Positions 48,575 to 60,634 of a stretch of 64,000 nucleotides of DNA are shown piece after piece; position 1 is the stretch's first letter, and the number at the start of each line of letters is the position of its first letter. Under the pieces are notes generated by a model. The model was not told where the DNA came from. It searched no databases and worked only from the letters and a program-made list of their open reading frames with translations. A program made the position numbers and the translations under genes. The DNA lies in NCBI GenBank assembly GCA_963758525.1, contig CAVWVQ010000003.1:3808001-3872000 (forward strand). Reading direction: 5' to 3'. This DNA comes from an uncultured Phycisphaerales bacterium (GTDB lineage: Bacteria > Planctomycetota > Phycisphaerae > Tepidisphaerales > Tepidisphaeraceae).

Positions 48575-50893
48575 TCAGTGTCGCTCGGCTGCGGGCATTT
48601 CATTGATCCAGCGGGTCAGTAAGTCGATGGCTCCCGGATCCAACTGATGCGTGGCCAGCGGCGGCATGCGCGGCACGCCGTCGCCCTTCAACCGCTTGAG
48701 CACCATCGAATGCCGGGGATCATGCGGCGCCGCCCAGCGATTGGCCGGGTCGTCGCCAGTGCGAACCAGCGCCCCATTGACGAGGTTTGCCTCGGCAAGT
48801 GACAGCGTCGGCCGGGCGTCAAAATTTCCCTGCGACGCGCCGCCCGGCTGATGGCACTGCACGCAATTCACCGCGAGATACGAGCGGACGCGATACTCCA
48901 GACTCTGCGTCTGGTCATCAGCTCGCGCAAAGACCGGCAGGCCCGCTGCCTCCGCCGGCGGGTTGGAGAAATATCCCGCCTTGGCCATCGCTTCGATCTG
49001 ATTAACCTCGCTCCCTGCGCTATTCACCGCGAAGGCAAGTTGGCGGGTGTTGAACCCCAGCGCATATCCCGCGACGGGTGAGTGGCAGGTCCGACATTCG
49101 CTGCGACTGGGATATCGCCATTGCTGCCGGGCCGGCTTGCCGCCGACCTGCAGTTTTATCGTTTCATCCAGCCCCGCCTCGGGAACCAGGTCGGCATCGG
49201 ATTGGTCCGGCCGCCACTTGTAGGTGATGCCGTAGACGCCATCGGTGGTCTTCACAAGGAACCGCGTCTCCAGCCGCCTTCGCGAAGACGGGTCGCCGCG
49301 CCGTGTCTCGATCTCGAAATGCTTGACCCACACCATTCCCGCCGGAAATGTCCAGTTTCCATCGCGGCTGAACTGCATCCTCGGCGCCGACCGCGGCAGG
49401 TAAAACCATCGCGTTTTGATCGCGTAATCCGACCAGAACGCCACCCTCGGCGTGTAAGCCATCAGTTCATCCGCCGGCGTCAGCGTCTTCAAATCGGCGA
49501 ACGCGCCGGTCTGCGACAGGAGCGCGGGGGGATTGATCCCCTGCGTCGATTTGTGCACCAGACGATCGATCGTGCCCTTGCCATAATCGGCGAGCAACAC
49601 GCCGCCGTCGCGCGGATCAACGCCAAACGCAGTCACCCCGCCGTCGGTGTACCCCAGCCTCTGGCATTCCCACTTTCCTTCATGCTCGCGCAACGCCCAG
49701 ATATGCCGATCGGTGTAATCGCAGAAAAGGTACTGACCCTCGAGCTCCTTAAATTCGCTTCCGCGATACACAAACCCGCCGATGATGCATTTGCCGTTGA
49801 AAGGCGTGTCTGGATTGTGCCCGTATTCATAAATCGGTGCGATGGTCTTCACGTCGGCCGGCTTGCTGTTCAGCCGCGGGCCGTCGTGCGTGCCTTCAAA
49901 AAAGCTCCAGCCGTAATCCCCGCCCTTTTGCAGGAGATCGATCTCCTCCCAAAGATCCTGCCCCACATCAGCGATGAACCACCGCCCCGTTGGCTCGTCA
50001 TACGAGAATTGCCACGCGTTGCGGAGACCGGTCGCGTAGATCTCGGTGCGAATCTGATGAGGATCAAGGGGACGGTCATCGTGCGTTGCGGCATTGATGA
50101 ACGGATTGTCCGGCGGGACCGCGTAGGCGTCAGGATTGACCGCCGACGGAAAGGTCACTGAGGGCTGCGAGTGCGGATTAGGCGGCAGGCTGCCGGGCCG
50201 CTTATCCACGTCGATTCGAAAGATGGCGGCGAAGAAATTCTTGTCGATAAAGCGGGCGTTGTTGTAGCGATCGTTGGCGTCCCCCTCGTCGCCGTTGGAA
50301 AAGTAAAGATATCCGTCCGGTCCGAACTTCATGCAGCCGCCGTTGTGATTCGCCGCGTGATCCAGTTGGGTAATCAGCGGCAACTCACTGTCGGGGTCGG
50401 CCTTGTTGGGGTCATCCTTTGCAACGGAAAATCGGGAGAGCCGGTCGAATGTCAGCTTCTTGCCCCCTTCCTCGATGGTGAAATCGTAGGTGATGAAAAA
50501 GTAGCCGTTCTCCTGGTATTTCGGATGAAAGGCTATTCCCAGCAGGCCCCATTCGACCTTTTGCGCAAGCGTCCCTGCATGCTTTGCGTTGAGCATCGCC
50601 GGCAGATCGAGAAAGACTTCTTTCTTCGGCGTTGCCTTCAAATCCGTGACGACGATCACCCGGCCGGTTTTCTCGCAGACAAAGAGACGCTGCGTCTCTC
50701 CCGGCGGCGTCTTGATACAGAGCGGCTGGTCAAACACCAGTCCCAGCGCATCTTCCGTGCCGTACCCCGTCTCCGAAGGCAACTCTGGCGGAAGTTGCGG
50801 AACGATCGATCGGCCCGGGTCACCAAACACCAACGGCAATATCGCCAGGACGGCTGCCGTGAGGGAAATGGCGGCGAATTGTGTCCTGCGCAT
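48575..50893 (-). CDS. Glucose/sorbosone dehydrogenase (PQQ-type propeller) fused to a cytochrome c domain
   Basis: NHNGG, GLRNAW, DVGQDLWEE, FWSDYAIKTRW and two CxxCH motifs (CRTCH, CVQCH). Confidence 0.9.
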   Translation of the reverse strand: MRRTQFAAISLTAAVLAILPLVFGDPGRSIVPQLPPELPSETGYGTEDALGLVFDQPLCIKTPPGETQRLFVCEKTGRVIVVTDLKATPKKEVFLDLPAMLNAKHAGTLAQKVEWGLLGIAFHPKYQENGYFFITYDFTIEEGGKKLTFDRLSRFSVAKDDPNKADPDSELPLITQLDHAANHNGGCMKFGPDGYLYFSNGDEGDANDRYNNARFIDKNFFAAIFRIDVDKRPGSLPPNPHSQPSVTFPSAVNPDAYAVPPDNPFINAATHDDRPLDPHQIRTEIYATGLRNAWQFSYDEPTGRWFIADVGQDLWEEIDLLQKGGDYGWSFFEGTHDGPRLNSKPADVKTIAPIYEYGHNPDTPFNGKCIIGGFVYRGSEFKELEGQYLFCDYTDRHIWALREHEGKWECQRLGYTDGGVTAFGVDPRDGGVLLADYGKGTIDRLVHKSTQGINPPALLSQTGAFADLKTLTPADELMAYTPRVAFWSDYAIKTRWFYLPRSAPRMQFSRDGNWTFPAGMVWVKHFEIETRRGDPSSRRRLETRFLVKTTDGVYGITYKWRPDQSDADLVPEAGLDETIKLQVGGKPARQQWRYPSRSECRTCHSPVAGYALGFNTRQLAFAVNSAGSEVNQIEAMAKAGYFSNPPAEAAGLPVFARADDQTQSLEYRVRSYLAVNCVQCHQPGGASQGNFDARPTLSLAEANLVNGALVRTGDDPANRWAAPHDPRHSMVLKRLKGDGVPRMPPLATHQLDPGAIDLLTRWINEMPAAERH

Positions 50894-50993
50894 ACTCGGA
50901 CCATCCAGAAGCGGCGCGTAACCAGATGAGTGCCGCCCACCGCGCAGCTTCGCAACTTTGGTCAGCAGCAGCGCAAAAGTCCCGCAAAGTTCA

Positions 50994-51488
50994 TTAAATC
51001 CCGGGCACGACCGCGAGGGGTCGTTCTCCATTAGGACAGGCCACGTCGCTGATCGCGGTGCCTTCGACACTACCGAGTGCGACCCACCTGGGATCGCCTG
51101 GCCTCTTCACTTCCATCGCGCCGACAGACTTGCTGCGTGCGATGCCCGCTTTGACGGCATCCCCGGTGCTTTCCATCGGACCTTGCGACTTCTCATCGGG
51201 ATTCTGGCGGGCGAGATAGCCGACAAACGTCGCGCGCGAGCCGGTGCACCGATAGACGTACGCCCGATAGGCGGGCTTTCCCTCGTGGTCAAAGGGGCTG
51301 GATTTCCCCAGTTCATCCACGAAATAGTTCTTGCCGTCATCGTCGGAGTAAAAAGCCTGCGTGATCCGCGTGCCTCGCCCCGGACCGAATGATCGGCGCA
51401 AGGAAAGACTCAGGGCCAGTGCAACCACGACCACCATCGCTCCCAACGTTAGCGCCCGGTGGCGGTTGATCATTTCTCTCATTTGCAT
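50994..51488 (-). CDS. Single-TM hypothetical protein adjacent to the prepilin gene
   Basis: N-terminal TM, AFYSDDDGK, RAYVYRC, EVKRPGD and CPNG. Confidence 0.75.
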   Translation of the reverse strand: MQMREMINRHRALTLGAMVVVVALALSLSLRRSFGPGRGTRITQAFYSDDDGKNYFVDELGKSSPFDHEGKPAYRAYVYRCTGSRATFVGYLARQNPDEKSQGPMESTGDAVKAGIARSKSVGAMEVKRPGDPRWVALGSVEGTAISDVACPNGERPLAVVPGI

Positions 51489-51502
51489 GGTCCGCCCTGA
51501 AT

Positions 51503-52546
51503 TCAGTTAATCCCCAGCCCGCCCTCTGTGTTCGTGGGATTGAACATGTCTCCTTCGTTCGGCTGCATCATGCTGTCATTTGGATTCGCCAGAACCCAGG
51601 GGTTGGGCGTCTGGGCGGCAGTTGTCCACTTATTGGCCAGACCAGTGGTGCCCGAACCGAGACAGGTCGTGTAGATGTTGTCCTGGTTGTAGCCTGCGAA
51701 GGCCGTGGGCGACCACTCGCAATGACCGTCGGCGAACAAAACGTTCTGCCCTTTCTTGTTGTGGTTTCTGCTGTTGGCCATCATCTGCAGTTGGGGGCCA
51801 TCGGTGGGTGTCGACGGTCCATTGGATCCATATAAGCCGCTGTGGGAGACACAGCAGCAGTCGGAGTACTTTTCGCCGGGATTCAGGTCCGCCATGATTG
51901 CGAAGCCGGGATTTGCCGCGATGCCCCATCGGTAACCAATCTTCCAGGCGGTGGTCGGAGGGAATGGAAGTGAAACGCTGTAGCTGAGATTGTAGACGGA
52001 GCTGAAGTTGGATCGATGCTGCGGATCCGTGGATGCGCCGGCAACCCCGAAGGTGTTGCTGAAGTCATCGGGATACATGTCATAGCGACCCGGGCAGATG
52101 AAAAGGGCCGACGGAAGCTGATAGGTCCGAAGCAGCAGAAAGAGACACCCCGTTACGTCATTGTCGCCCGGGCGCTTGGCAACCTGCCAGGGAGGGAGCA
52201 CGTCATCGGCAAAGAGATTGGTCGCATTGGCAAATGGACTGTTGGCAATCGGATCAGAGAAACCGCGCAGCCCGGCCCAGGTGTCGGGATGGGGGGGACT
52301 GCTGGCGTAGAAAAGATCCGGGAAATAGACCCCGCGCGGGAACGAGCCCTTGTTGTCGTTGGCGTACATGACCATCGCCTGGCCCAGCTGCCGCAGGTTG
52401 CTCATGCAGGCCACCCGCCGAGCGTCGAACCTGGCCCCGGCCAGCGCCGGCAACAGCAGCGCAATCAGCAGCGCGATGATACCGATCACTACCAAAAGCT
52501 CGACCAGCGTAAATCCAGCACGCCGTTGTCCGGTTCTCGCAGACAT
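51503..52546 (-). CDS. Prepilin-type N-terminal cleavage/methylation protein (DUF1559-like, H-X9-DG)
   Basis: [32 protein letters not shown] and [14 protein letters not shown]. Confidence 0.92.
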   Translation of the reverse strand: MSARTGQRRAGFTLVELLVVIGIIALLIALLLPALAGARFDARRVACMSNLRQLGQAMVMYANDNKGSFPRGVYFPDLFYASSPPHPDTWAGLRGFSDPIANSPFANATNLFADDVLPPWQVAKRPGDNDVTGCLFLLLRTYQLPSALFICPGRYDMYPDDFSNTFGVAGASTDPQHRSNFSSVYNLSYSVSLPFPPTTAWKIGYRWGIAANPGFAIMADLNPGEKYSDCCCVSHSGLYGSNGPSTPTDGPQLQMMANSRNHNKKGQNVLFADGHCEWSPTAFAGYNQDNIYTTCLGSGTTGLANKWTTAAQTPNPWVLANPNDSMMQPNEGDMFNPTNTEGGLGIN

Positions 52547-52715
52547 GTCAACTCCTCCAATTGCGGCTTGTGACAGGGAGTCATTGCGGCTGACTGCTGT
52601 GTCCAGTTACCAGCGTACCCGATATCGTGCAGTCGCGCCTGCGATTTTGCGGCTCCTTGCTACGAAATTCAGGGTCATTGCCCGTCAAAACGTGAATCGC
52701 GTCATCGTTTCACGC

Positions 52716-53768
52716 TCAGATCGCAAGAGCCGGTTCCCTCGCGGGCGCACTCGCCTTGCCCGCGGGTCGATGCGAGGTTCGCATCACCGACTCCCGTTTC
52801 AGGCCGTATACCAAAGGCTGACCCGCAAGATATCGCCGCAGTTCCTCCACCATGTATCGTCCCATCCGCCCGCACTCCGCGCCGGCCGAGCCGGCGATGT
52901 GCGGCGTGAGCACCACGTTCTCCAATGTATAGAGAGGCGAATCGGCCGCGGGAGGTTCGGGGTAGGTGACGTCCAGCACCGCCTGCAGATCAGCCCGGCT
53001 GGAGAGAATCTCGATCATCTCCTCCTCGCGCACCAACTCGCCGCGCGCTGTGTTAACGAAAGTCGCTCCCCGCTTCATGGACGCAATGTGCTGGCCGGTG
53101 ATCATTCCCCGCGTTTCTGGGAATGACGGGGTGTGGAGCGAGACCACATCGGATCGCTGGAACAGAGCTTCCAGTGATACCAGCTCCACATCCAGCGCCG
53201 CCGCGTCATGCTCAGCGACGAATGGGTCGTACACCAGCACGTTCAAATCAAATGGCCGAAGCAACTCCAGCAATTTCCTGGCGATTGCCCCCAGCGAGAT
53301 GAGCCCGACGGTGCTCCCGTAACATCCCGGAACGTGATTCCGATCGGGATGGCAGCGGACCGCCCGCGTCATTCTCGCCAGCTTCCACCCGTGCTTGAGA
53401 GAAAAGAGGATGGTGGCCAGCGCGTACTCGGCGACCGGAACCGCGTTGGCTTCGAGCGCGCTGGTCACGACAATGTCGCGCTCCCAGACTGCGGGAGTGA
53501 GAATGTACCCCATCGAACCGGCGCCATAGAAGATGGCCTTGAGGCTTGGCGCGATGGCAAAAAACGCCTCGTTGAGAACAGGTCCCTGCCAGCCGGAAAA
53601 GATGAGATCCGCTCGAGCCAGCAGATCAGGCCGCGCCAGCGCGTCGGCCGCCGAGAGGGGAGGAGCCATGATCTCCACCATCGCCGCGATGTCGCGCTGC
53701 TCATCGGGGCCATAGATCAGCCCGAAGGAGTTGGGATCGAGAATATAGAGGCCGCTTTGTCCAGACAT
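52716..53768 (-). CDS. D-isomer-specific 2-hydroxyacid dehydrogenase
   Basis: NAVPVAEY, VGLISLGAIA, FVNTARG, AVLDV and TPHIAG. Confidence 0.92.
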   Translation of the reverse strand: MSGQSGLYILDPNSFGLIYGPDEQRDIAAMVEIMAPPLSAADALARPDLLARADLIFSGWQGPVLNEAFFAIAPSLKAIFYGAGSMGYILTPAVWERDIVVTSALEANAVPVAEYALATILFSLKHGWKLARMTRAVRCHPDRNHVPGCYGSTVGLISLGAIARKLLELLRPFDLNVLVYDPFVAEHDAAALDVELVSLEALFQRSDVVSLHTPSFPETRGMITGQHIASMKRGATFVNTARGELVREEEMIEILSSRADLQAVLDVTYPEPPAADSPLYTLENVVLTPHIAGSAGAECGRMGRYMVEELRRYLAGQPLVYGLKRESVMRTSHRPAGKASAPAREPALAI

Positions 53769-53880
53769 TGAGAAAGCCTTCCGGAACGTCAGGAGACTTC
53801 TTAGCCGCGCCGCGAAGCGCGTGGAGCGACGTTTTCCGGACGCGCCGCAAAGAACTAACCGATGCGGACGCGCGTTCTTT

Positions 53881-53920
53881 CCCCCTCCCCTGGTACTCCG
53901 GGGGAGGGCTGGGGTGGGGG
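53881..53920. repeat. REP-like hairpin (CCCTCCCC...GGGGAGGG family)
   Basis: Reverse complement is near-identical to 9124-9163. Confidence 0.8.
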
Positions 53921-53963
53921 TGGCGCAGTTCACTAAACCGGCCCTTACAACCGAACGCACATG

Positions 53964-56900
53964 TCAACCCAGGAGCGAGCCGTCGCGAACTGCAACGGGC
54001 ATACCCGATATGTTCCGACGCCGGCGGCGACTCGTCAGCATCGGGAGTGCGCCGGCCAGCAGCAACAGCGCGGTGCCCGGCTCCGGGGTGGCGTTGTATC
54101 CAATATCGAGGCTCTCCCCGCCCCCGCCCAACGACTCGAGTTCGAGGAAGAAGTTGCCGCTCGCGGGAATCCCCGGCGGGGTGTTTGCCGCCACGAAGCT
54201 GCTGGTATCCAACGTAAACTGTTCGCCGCTGACGGGGAGGTTCGCGCCGGTGTTGCTGGCGACGGCCAGATAGGAGCCAATCGGAGCCCCGCTCACGGCA
54301 CCGGTGATCGATGCGATCTGCCAGTCGTAGTTCTTCGTTGGATCGAAGGTCGTCGTTGGGGGCGTGGCCGGTGCGGTCAGGATGATCGCGAAAGGTGTGG
54401 TGCTGGTGGAGCTGTCGACGGTCAGTGCCGACATGGTGATTTCGTCAAATGTCGTGCTCGTGCCGCCGGCCTGCGGAGCAGGCATACCTGCGGCGCCAGT
54501 TCCAGCTCCGATGATCTTGGGCGTATAGGTTCCCCCGCCGAAGAAGGTTCCCGCTGCGGTGGTCAGCGCCCCGACCGTGCTGGCGTCGGCGCCCAAGGCG
54601 AGAGTTCCGCCGGACTTGATGGCGAGCGCGCCGCTCCCAAAAGCATGGGTGTTTGCCGCCCGGAGCGTTCCCCCCAAGATCGTTGTGCTGCCGGTATACG
54701 AACTTGACCCGCTCAGGATTTGCGTTCCTGCCCCCGTTTTGGTGAGGGTCATTCCAGCGGCTCCATTGACTACTGCGCCCGAATAGGTGTCGGTAGCGCC
54801 GGTCCCAGGATTCAGTGTGAGCGCGGTAACGTTGCTGTACCCGGTCGTAATAGCCGTAGCCAGATTCGTGCTGCCCTTCAGACCGCCGAAGGTGGGCGTT
54901 GTAACGCTTAAAGTAATTTTCCCTGCGCCGGAAGTGTCGAAGGCGCTATTCTGCATGGCAAGATTGTTGCTCAGGGCCAGAGTCCCAGCCGTCACTTTGG
55001 TGTCGCCTGTATAAGTATTTGCGTTGGAAAGCGTGGTCGTCCCGCTGCCCTGGAAGGTCACGCCGCCGCTCACATTGATCGTGGAATTGACGGTAAAAGA
55101 CGATGCGGCCGTTCCGCCTGAAGCGACGTTTCCCGTGAGCGTAATTCCTGTCGGCGCTGTCGAGTAGTTGCCCGGATTGGTGACGACGATGCCGGTGACG
55201 GCCCCGGTGGTGGGACTGATCGTGGCGTACCCGGTCGCTCCGCTGCCGGTCCCGCCCGTGAATGTAACCTGGGGTGGGACAACGTAACCGGAACCTGCCG
55301 TTCCCACCGTCACACTGCTCACACCGCTGCCGGTGGGGGTCAGCAGCGGCTGGGCAATGGTGATCAACTGACCATTGTTGTCGATCGTGCCGTTGCCGCT
55401 GTAGACATAAGCGGCGGTAAGACCCTGCAGGAACGTGGTGTTGGTGGCGTTGCCCGCCTTGAGCGTGCCGCCGTTGAAATTGAGGACACTGCCGACTTCG
55501 TCCGTGGGAGTCGTGCTCACGGCCTGCCCAAAGCCCAGGGTCTGCAGGGTTCCGCCGTTCAGGTTGAAGGTGGTGACGTTTGTGGCACTGTCACTCAGAT
55601 TGGGCTTGACTGTAAGGCTGGGAGTGAGGAATTGCCCCGTGCCGCTAATGGTGATCGTCGCCGTCTGGGTGCCAGTCCCCCAGTTGGCCGTGAGGCCATT
55701 GAATCCGCTGTTGGTTTCAGCGGCCCCCCCGCTAATCTGGACAGTTCCGCCGGAAATATTGACAACGCTGACTTCTCCCGCTGCACCCCGGTTGGGCAGG
55801 AAATACGTGCCGGCGATGGCAGGCAGGTTGACGGTGCCGCCGCTCATGTCGAATTCGCCGAAGGTACCCGCACCGCCGGCGGAGCCGCCCGGATCGATCT
55901 CACCTCCCACGTTGATGGTGCCGGATGAGAGGTTGTAGTAGCCGGCCGCCCCGACGGAACTGCCGATCTGGAAACCACCGCCCAGAGCGCTGGTATTGGT
56001 GACCGTGCCGCCGGATTGATACATCGCTGCCCCCACGCCGGTCCCGTTGTTTCCAATCAGGATCTGCGTGGAGTTGCCGATCGAGCCTCCGGTGACCGAA
56101 AGTTCGCCGCCATTCACGACGGTATTGCCTGAATACGTGTTTGAGGCTGACAGCGTCGTCGTTCCGGTACCCGCCTGCGTGAAGCCGCCGGTGCCCGTGA
56201 GAGCAGCACCGCTGAAGTCGGTGCCCTGCGCCACCGCATTGCTGCGATTGATAATCAGGGTTCCGTTGTCCGTGATGGCACTGCTGGTGGAGATCGAGCC
56301 GGTCGTGCTTCCGCCGCCAAGCTGAACGGATGTGCCGGCGGAAATGACCGTTGTGCCGGTATACGTATTTGCGTTTGTCAGAGTGACCACGCCACCGGCG
56401 CTGGTGCCTGGATTGGTGGTGATGCCAAAGCCGCTGCCGCTGATGACCCCGCTGAAGGTGCCGCTGGTTGACGTGCCGTAAGCATACCAGTCGCGGAGAC
56501 CGATGGTCGCGTTGGCATTCAGCGTCACGTTGCCCGAAAAGACGCCGGTAGTGCCATTTTCGAAGCTGATAACGCTGTTCGTGCCGCCATTGATGGTGAT
56601 GGCGTTCGGAAGGCTAACGCCAGTATTTACAGCCGCCTCGCCCTGGCCATTGATTGTAATCGTGCCGGCGGAGGCGATGGCACTGGCAACACCATATTCG
56701 AGAATCCCACCGCTTTGGAGGATCACATTGCCGCTGAATGTGTTCGTCTGGGCAAGTCGAAGGTTGCCGGTGTTAGCGGTGAGCGTCCCGTTTCCTGTTA
56801 CGGTTAACGTGCCGCTGCCGAGCAGCGTGTTGGGGGTATTGAAAAAGTATTGGCCCGTGGTGGTGACATCGATTGTACCGCCGGAGGCACCGATGGTAAA

Positions 56901-59900
56901 CGCATGCGTGTTGGTGACGCCGGCGGTGGTGGCCAGCGTGCCGCCGTTCAAGGTCACCGGGGCCTGGCCGACGGTCGTGCTGCCGAGGTTCGCGTTTGAG
57001 GAGATGGATAATGTGCCGGACGAGATTATGGTTCCGCCTGTAAACGTGCTTGCGCTGAAAGGGTCCAGGTTCCCGAACTGGTCTGGGTGACGGTGCCGGC
57101 TCCCGTCCCAATGATGCTGGCGATGCTGCCGTTGCCGCTGCCGGCGAGAATCAGATTGAAGCCCGAACCGCTTATCGTGCCGGTGTTGGTGAGAGCCAGT
57201 GTGCCGGCGTCGGAACCGATCGTTGCGTTGCTGCCCAGCGCGATCAGACCTGAAAAGGTATTCGACCCGCTGACGTTCTCCAGCGCGCCGTTCGGGCTGG
57301 CGGTCACACCGGCGCCGTTGAGCGTCAGGGCAACGGCGGTCGTGGTGGAGATGTTGCCCTGCATCTGCAGAGCAGCGCCGCTTGCAACCGAGACGCCTGA
57401 TGTGGAAGTCCCCGAACCCGTGCCCAAAGCGCTGTTATTCTGGATGTTCAGCGCGCCGCCACTGATCGTTGTCGAGCCCGTATAGCTGTTTGTGGTACCT
57501 ATCGTCAGGCTTGCAGTTCCGGTTTTCGTCAAGCTGCCGGTTCCGGCGATGCCGTAGCCGCCGGTGCTGGAGACCGTATAGTTGATGACGCTGTTGTTGA
57601 ATGTCGTTGCCGCCGGGGTCACATTTGCCGCCGATATGTTCACCGCTCCGGGCGTACTCTCGCCGGTGGCTGAGTCATCGAAGAGGACCGTATCGCCGGA
57701 AATGTAATCGGTCGGCGTACCGGCGAACATCAATTGCCAGTTGTGGTTTGAGCCTGTTGAGCCGACCTGCCAATTGCTGTTGTCCAGCCCAGTCCACTTT
57801 GGAGCATCGGCGGCAATCGTCAATGTGAGATCGCTGCCGGTCAGTCCAAGCGTTGCGCTCTCCCGGCTGGTCAGGCTCCCGATCGTCCCCTTGGTGAAGT
57901 CGCTCAAACTTCCGGTAACGCCGCTGAAGCTGACGACATTATAAACGGTTGTGCCAACTGCCCAGAGGGAGCTTGGGGTCACATTGACGGTGATTTCTCC
58001 GGAGCCGGTGTTCGCCGTCACCAAGGCGCCGCTGTCGACAATCCCCGGCGTCGTGGTCGAACCGCCTGCCACATTGACACTCAGTGTGCCCGCACCGCTG
58101 AACGTCAGCGAACCGGTCGTGAGCTGTGAGGATGTGCCATTGCCGTTGGTTACAATACCGCCGGTGCCGGCACCCACTGCCACTGCTCCCACGGTACCCG
58201 TGCCGTCGAGGGTGCCTTGGGTCAACGTGATTGCGGGCGTGCTCGCCACGGAGCTGGTCTGGACGAACTTGGCGCCGCTGCCGTTGATGGTGATGCCACT
58301 GCTGCTGTTGATTGATCCGGTGCCGCTCACGGTCAGCGTCCCGCCGCTGACAGTCGTTGCGCCTGTATAAGTACTCACAGTGCTGAGTGTGACCGAACCG
58401 CTCGTTGTTTTTGTCAGGGCAGAGCCGGAACCGCCAAGGATGCCACTGACGGTGCCGCTTTGGAGATTGTAGGAAGAACCGCTCAGGACACCGCTGGTGC
58501 CGGTGATGCTGCCGCTGGTCAGCGTTACCGCTCCGACCGAGTCCGTGAAGGTCGCCAGGTTAAGCGTGCCGCCATTGACGTTGACCGCGCCGGTGGAAAC
58601 CAGCGCATTGTTGACGCCCAGCGCCAGCGTGCCGGCCGAAATGGTGGTTCCGCCTGTATACGTGCTCACGCCCGTGAGGGTCGTCGTGGCCGCCGCGCCG
58701 GTGTCGGTGAAGGTCACGCCGCCGCTGGTATCGGTGGTTTGGGTCACCGTGCCGATGGTCGCACCCGATCCGCCGCCGCCGGTCAGGGCGAAGGACAGCG
58801 CCTCCGATATAGCCGGTGCCCGGATTGGTGATCGTGATACCGGTGACCGCCCCGCCCGAGATAGTCGCAACCGCGGTCGCGCCCGTGCCTCCCGCGCCGG
58901 TGACCGCTACGTAGGGGGCGGTGATATAGCCGGAACCGCCGGATGTCACCGTCGGGCTGCTATTTGCACCGTTGCCGTTGATGCCTGCGGGCGTCAGAAG
59001 TGCTTGGCCGATGGTGATGGACTGTCCATTGTTGTTGATCGTACCGCCTTCACCATACACGTAGGCACCCGTCAGCCCCGTGAAAAATCCCGTGACCGCC
59101 GACGTGCTGGCTTGCAGCGTGCCGCCATGGAAGTTAAAGATGCCGGTGGCGGTGCCTCCGGGCTTCTGAACGATGCCGGTGGTGATGAGGCCATTGTTCG
59201 TATTGCCAGCGCCAATCGCCCCCAAGTTCACGACGCCGAAGGCGCCGTTATTCCTGCCGATAACTAGCCCTTCTGTGACCCCATTGCCTTGCGTGAGAGT
59301 CAGGGAGCCGCCGCCGGAGACGTTCAGGGTGCCATTACCGCTCTCGCCAATGTATATGCCTACGGTGCCCGTGGTCGAATAACTGCCGGAGCCTGTGACG
59401 TTCACCTGTCCAAAGGTGTTAGCACCCGCGCCGACCGTACCACCGTTGTTGTTAGCTGGTGTCACCGACCCGCCGGAGATGTTCCAAATACCGTAGGCAC
59501 CGGCGGTGGTGATGCCGGCGACGAGAAATTGGCCGGGGGTGACATCACCACTGGTGACGTTAATTGTTCCCAACCCGGCCACGGTTCCAGCGTCGATTGG
59601 GCTGTTGCCGCCACTGAAGTTGCCGCCACTGAAGTTCAAGACCCCGTTGGTATCCGCTCTGTCAACGAAGCCGTTGGCGGTGCTGGTATTGGAGCCCGTC
59701 AAGGTCAGAATACCGCCAGTGACGATTGTCGCCGCGCTGTATGTGTTGGCCCCAGATAGAACCCATGTACCTGCACCGGTTTTTGTTACCGCGACGGTTG
59801 TGGCCGTGCCATTGATAATCTTGCCGCTGATCGTGTTGTTGTTCGTGTTCGAACCGCTCAGGGTGAGAACGGTAGCCCCCGCCACGCCGCCGCTGATTTG

Positions 59901-60500
59901 GCCGCCGAAGTCCAGCGTGCCCGCGCCCGCACCGGTCCCGTTGGCGCTGTTGTTCGCGAAAGTATAGGTGCCGCCCGCGCCTTCGATCACCAGCGGCGCG
60001 TTGAGGGTTTCCACGGCATTGGTGGCCGTGAGCGTGGAAAGAATCTGGATCGTGCCGCCGCTGGTCAGGAGGAGGGAGTTGCCGCCGGTGGCGCCGATGG
60101 TGTAGTTGCCCGCGGCGGTGTCGAAGCTAACGCCGCCGATGTTCTCGCTTGCCGAGTCGATGACGATGGGGCTGCCGGACGTCCCGTAGGTCCCGACAGC
60201 CGAATTGAATGTGGCAACGTCTGTGTCGGTCGTGCCCGAGGTGGCGCCCGGAACCGTTGAGCTGATCCAGTTTGTGAAATTGGTCCAGTTGCCGCTGGTG
60301 CCGCCGATCTGCCAGGTTCCGTTGGCGGCATGGGCGGCGCGGCCCATCAGGCCGGAGACCACGGGAAGAGCCACAGCGGCCGCCAGGCGCAGCTTCCGCT
60401 GTCGCGTAGCCTGCTGGGATGACGCTGCGTTTACTTTCCTGCTGCCGATCTGCTTAATATGGCCAACCATTTTATCCGCCTCCGGAAACTTAAGACCCAT
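53964..60500 (-). CDS. Giant (about 2180 aa) PEP-CTERM surface protein with autotransporter-associated beta-strand repeats; frameshifts near 58800 and 57050
   Basis: Three consecutive ORFs share GxGTxTLSGxNTYTGxTxxxxGTL repeats. N-terminal signal ends AAHA. C-terminus TPEPGTALLLLAGALPMLTSRRRRR. Confidence 0.9.
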
Positions 60501-60561
60501 TCAACGCTTACTACAAAACCCGAACCTGACCCGTCCCCCCAACTTCCTTCCCCTCGTGCCT

Positions 60562-60586
60562 CCCTTCGGCTTCGCTCAGGACAGGC
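60562..60586. repeat. Short repeat motif CCCTTCGGCTTCGCTCAGGACAGGC
   Basis: Resembles a widespread intergenic CTTCG(A/G)CTTCGCTCAGG repeat. Only one copy in this window. Confidence 0.4.
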
Positions 60587-60634
60587 CGTGCCGCAGTTTA
60601 CCGGCCGCGGCGGGTGCCTTCCCCCATCCGTCCT

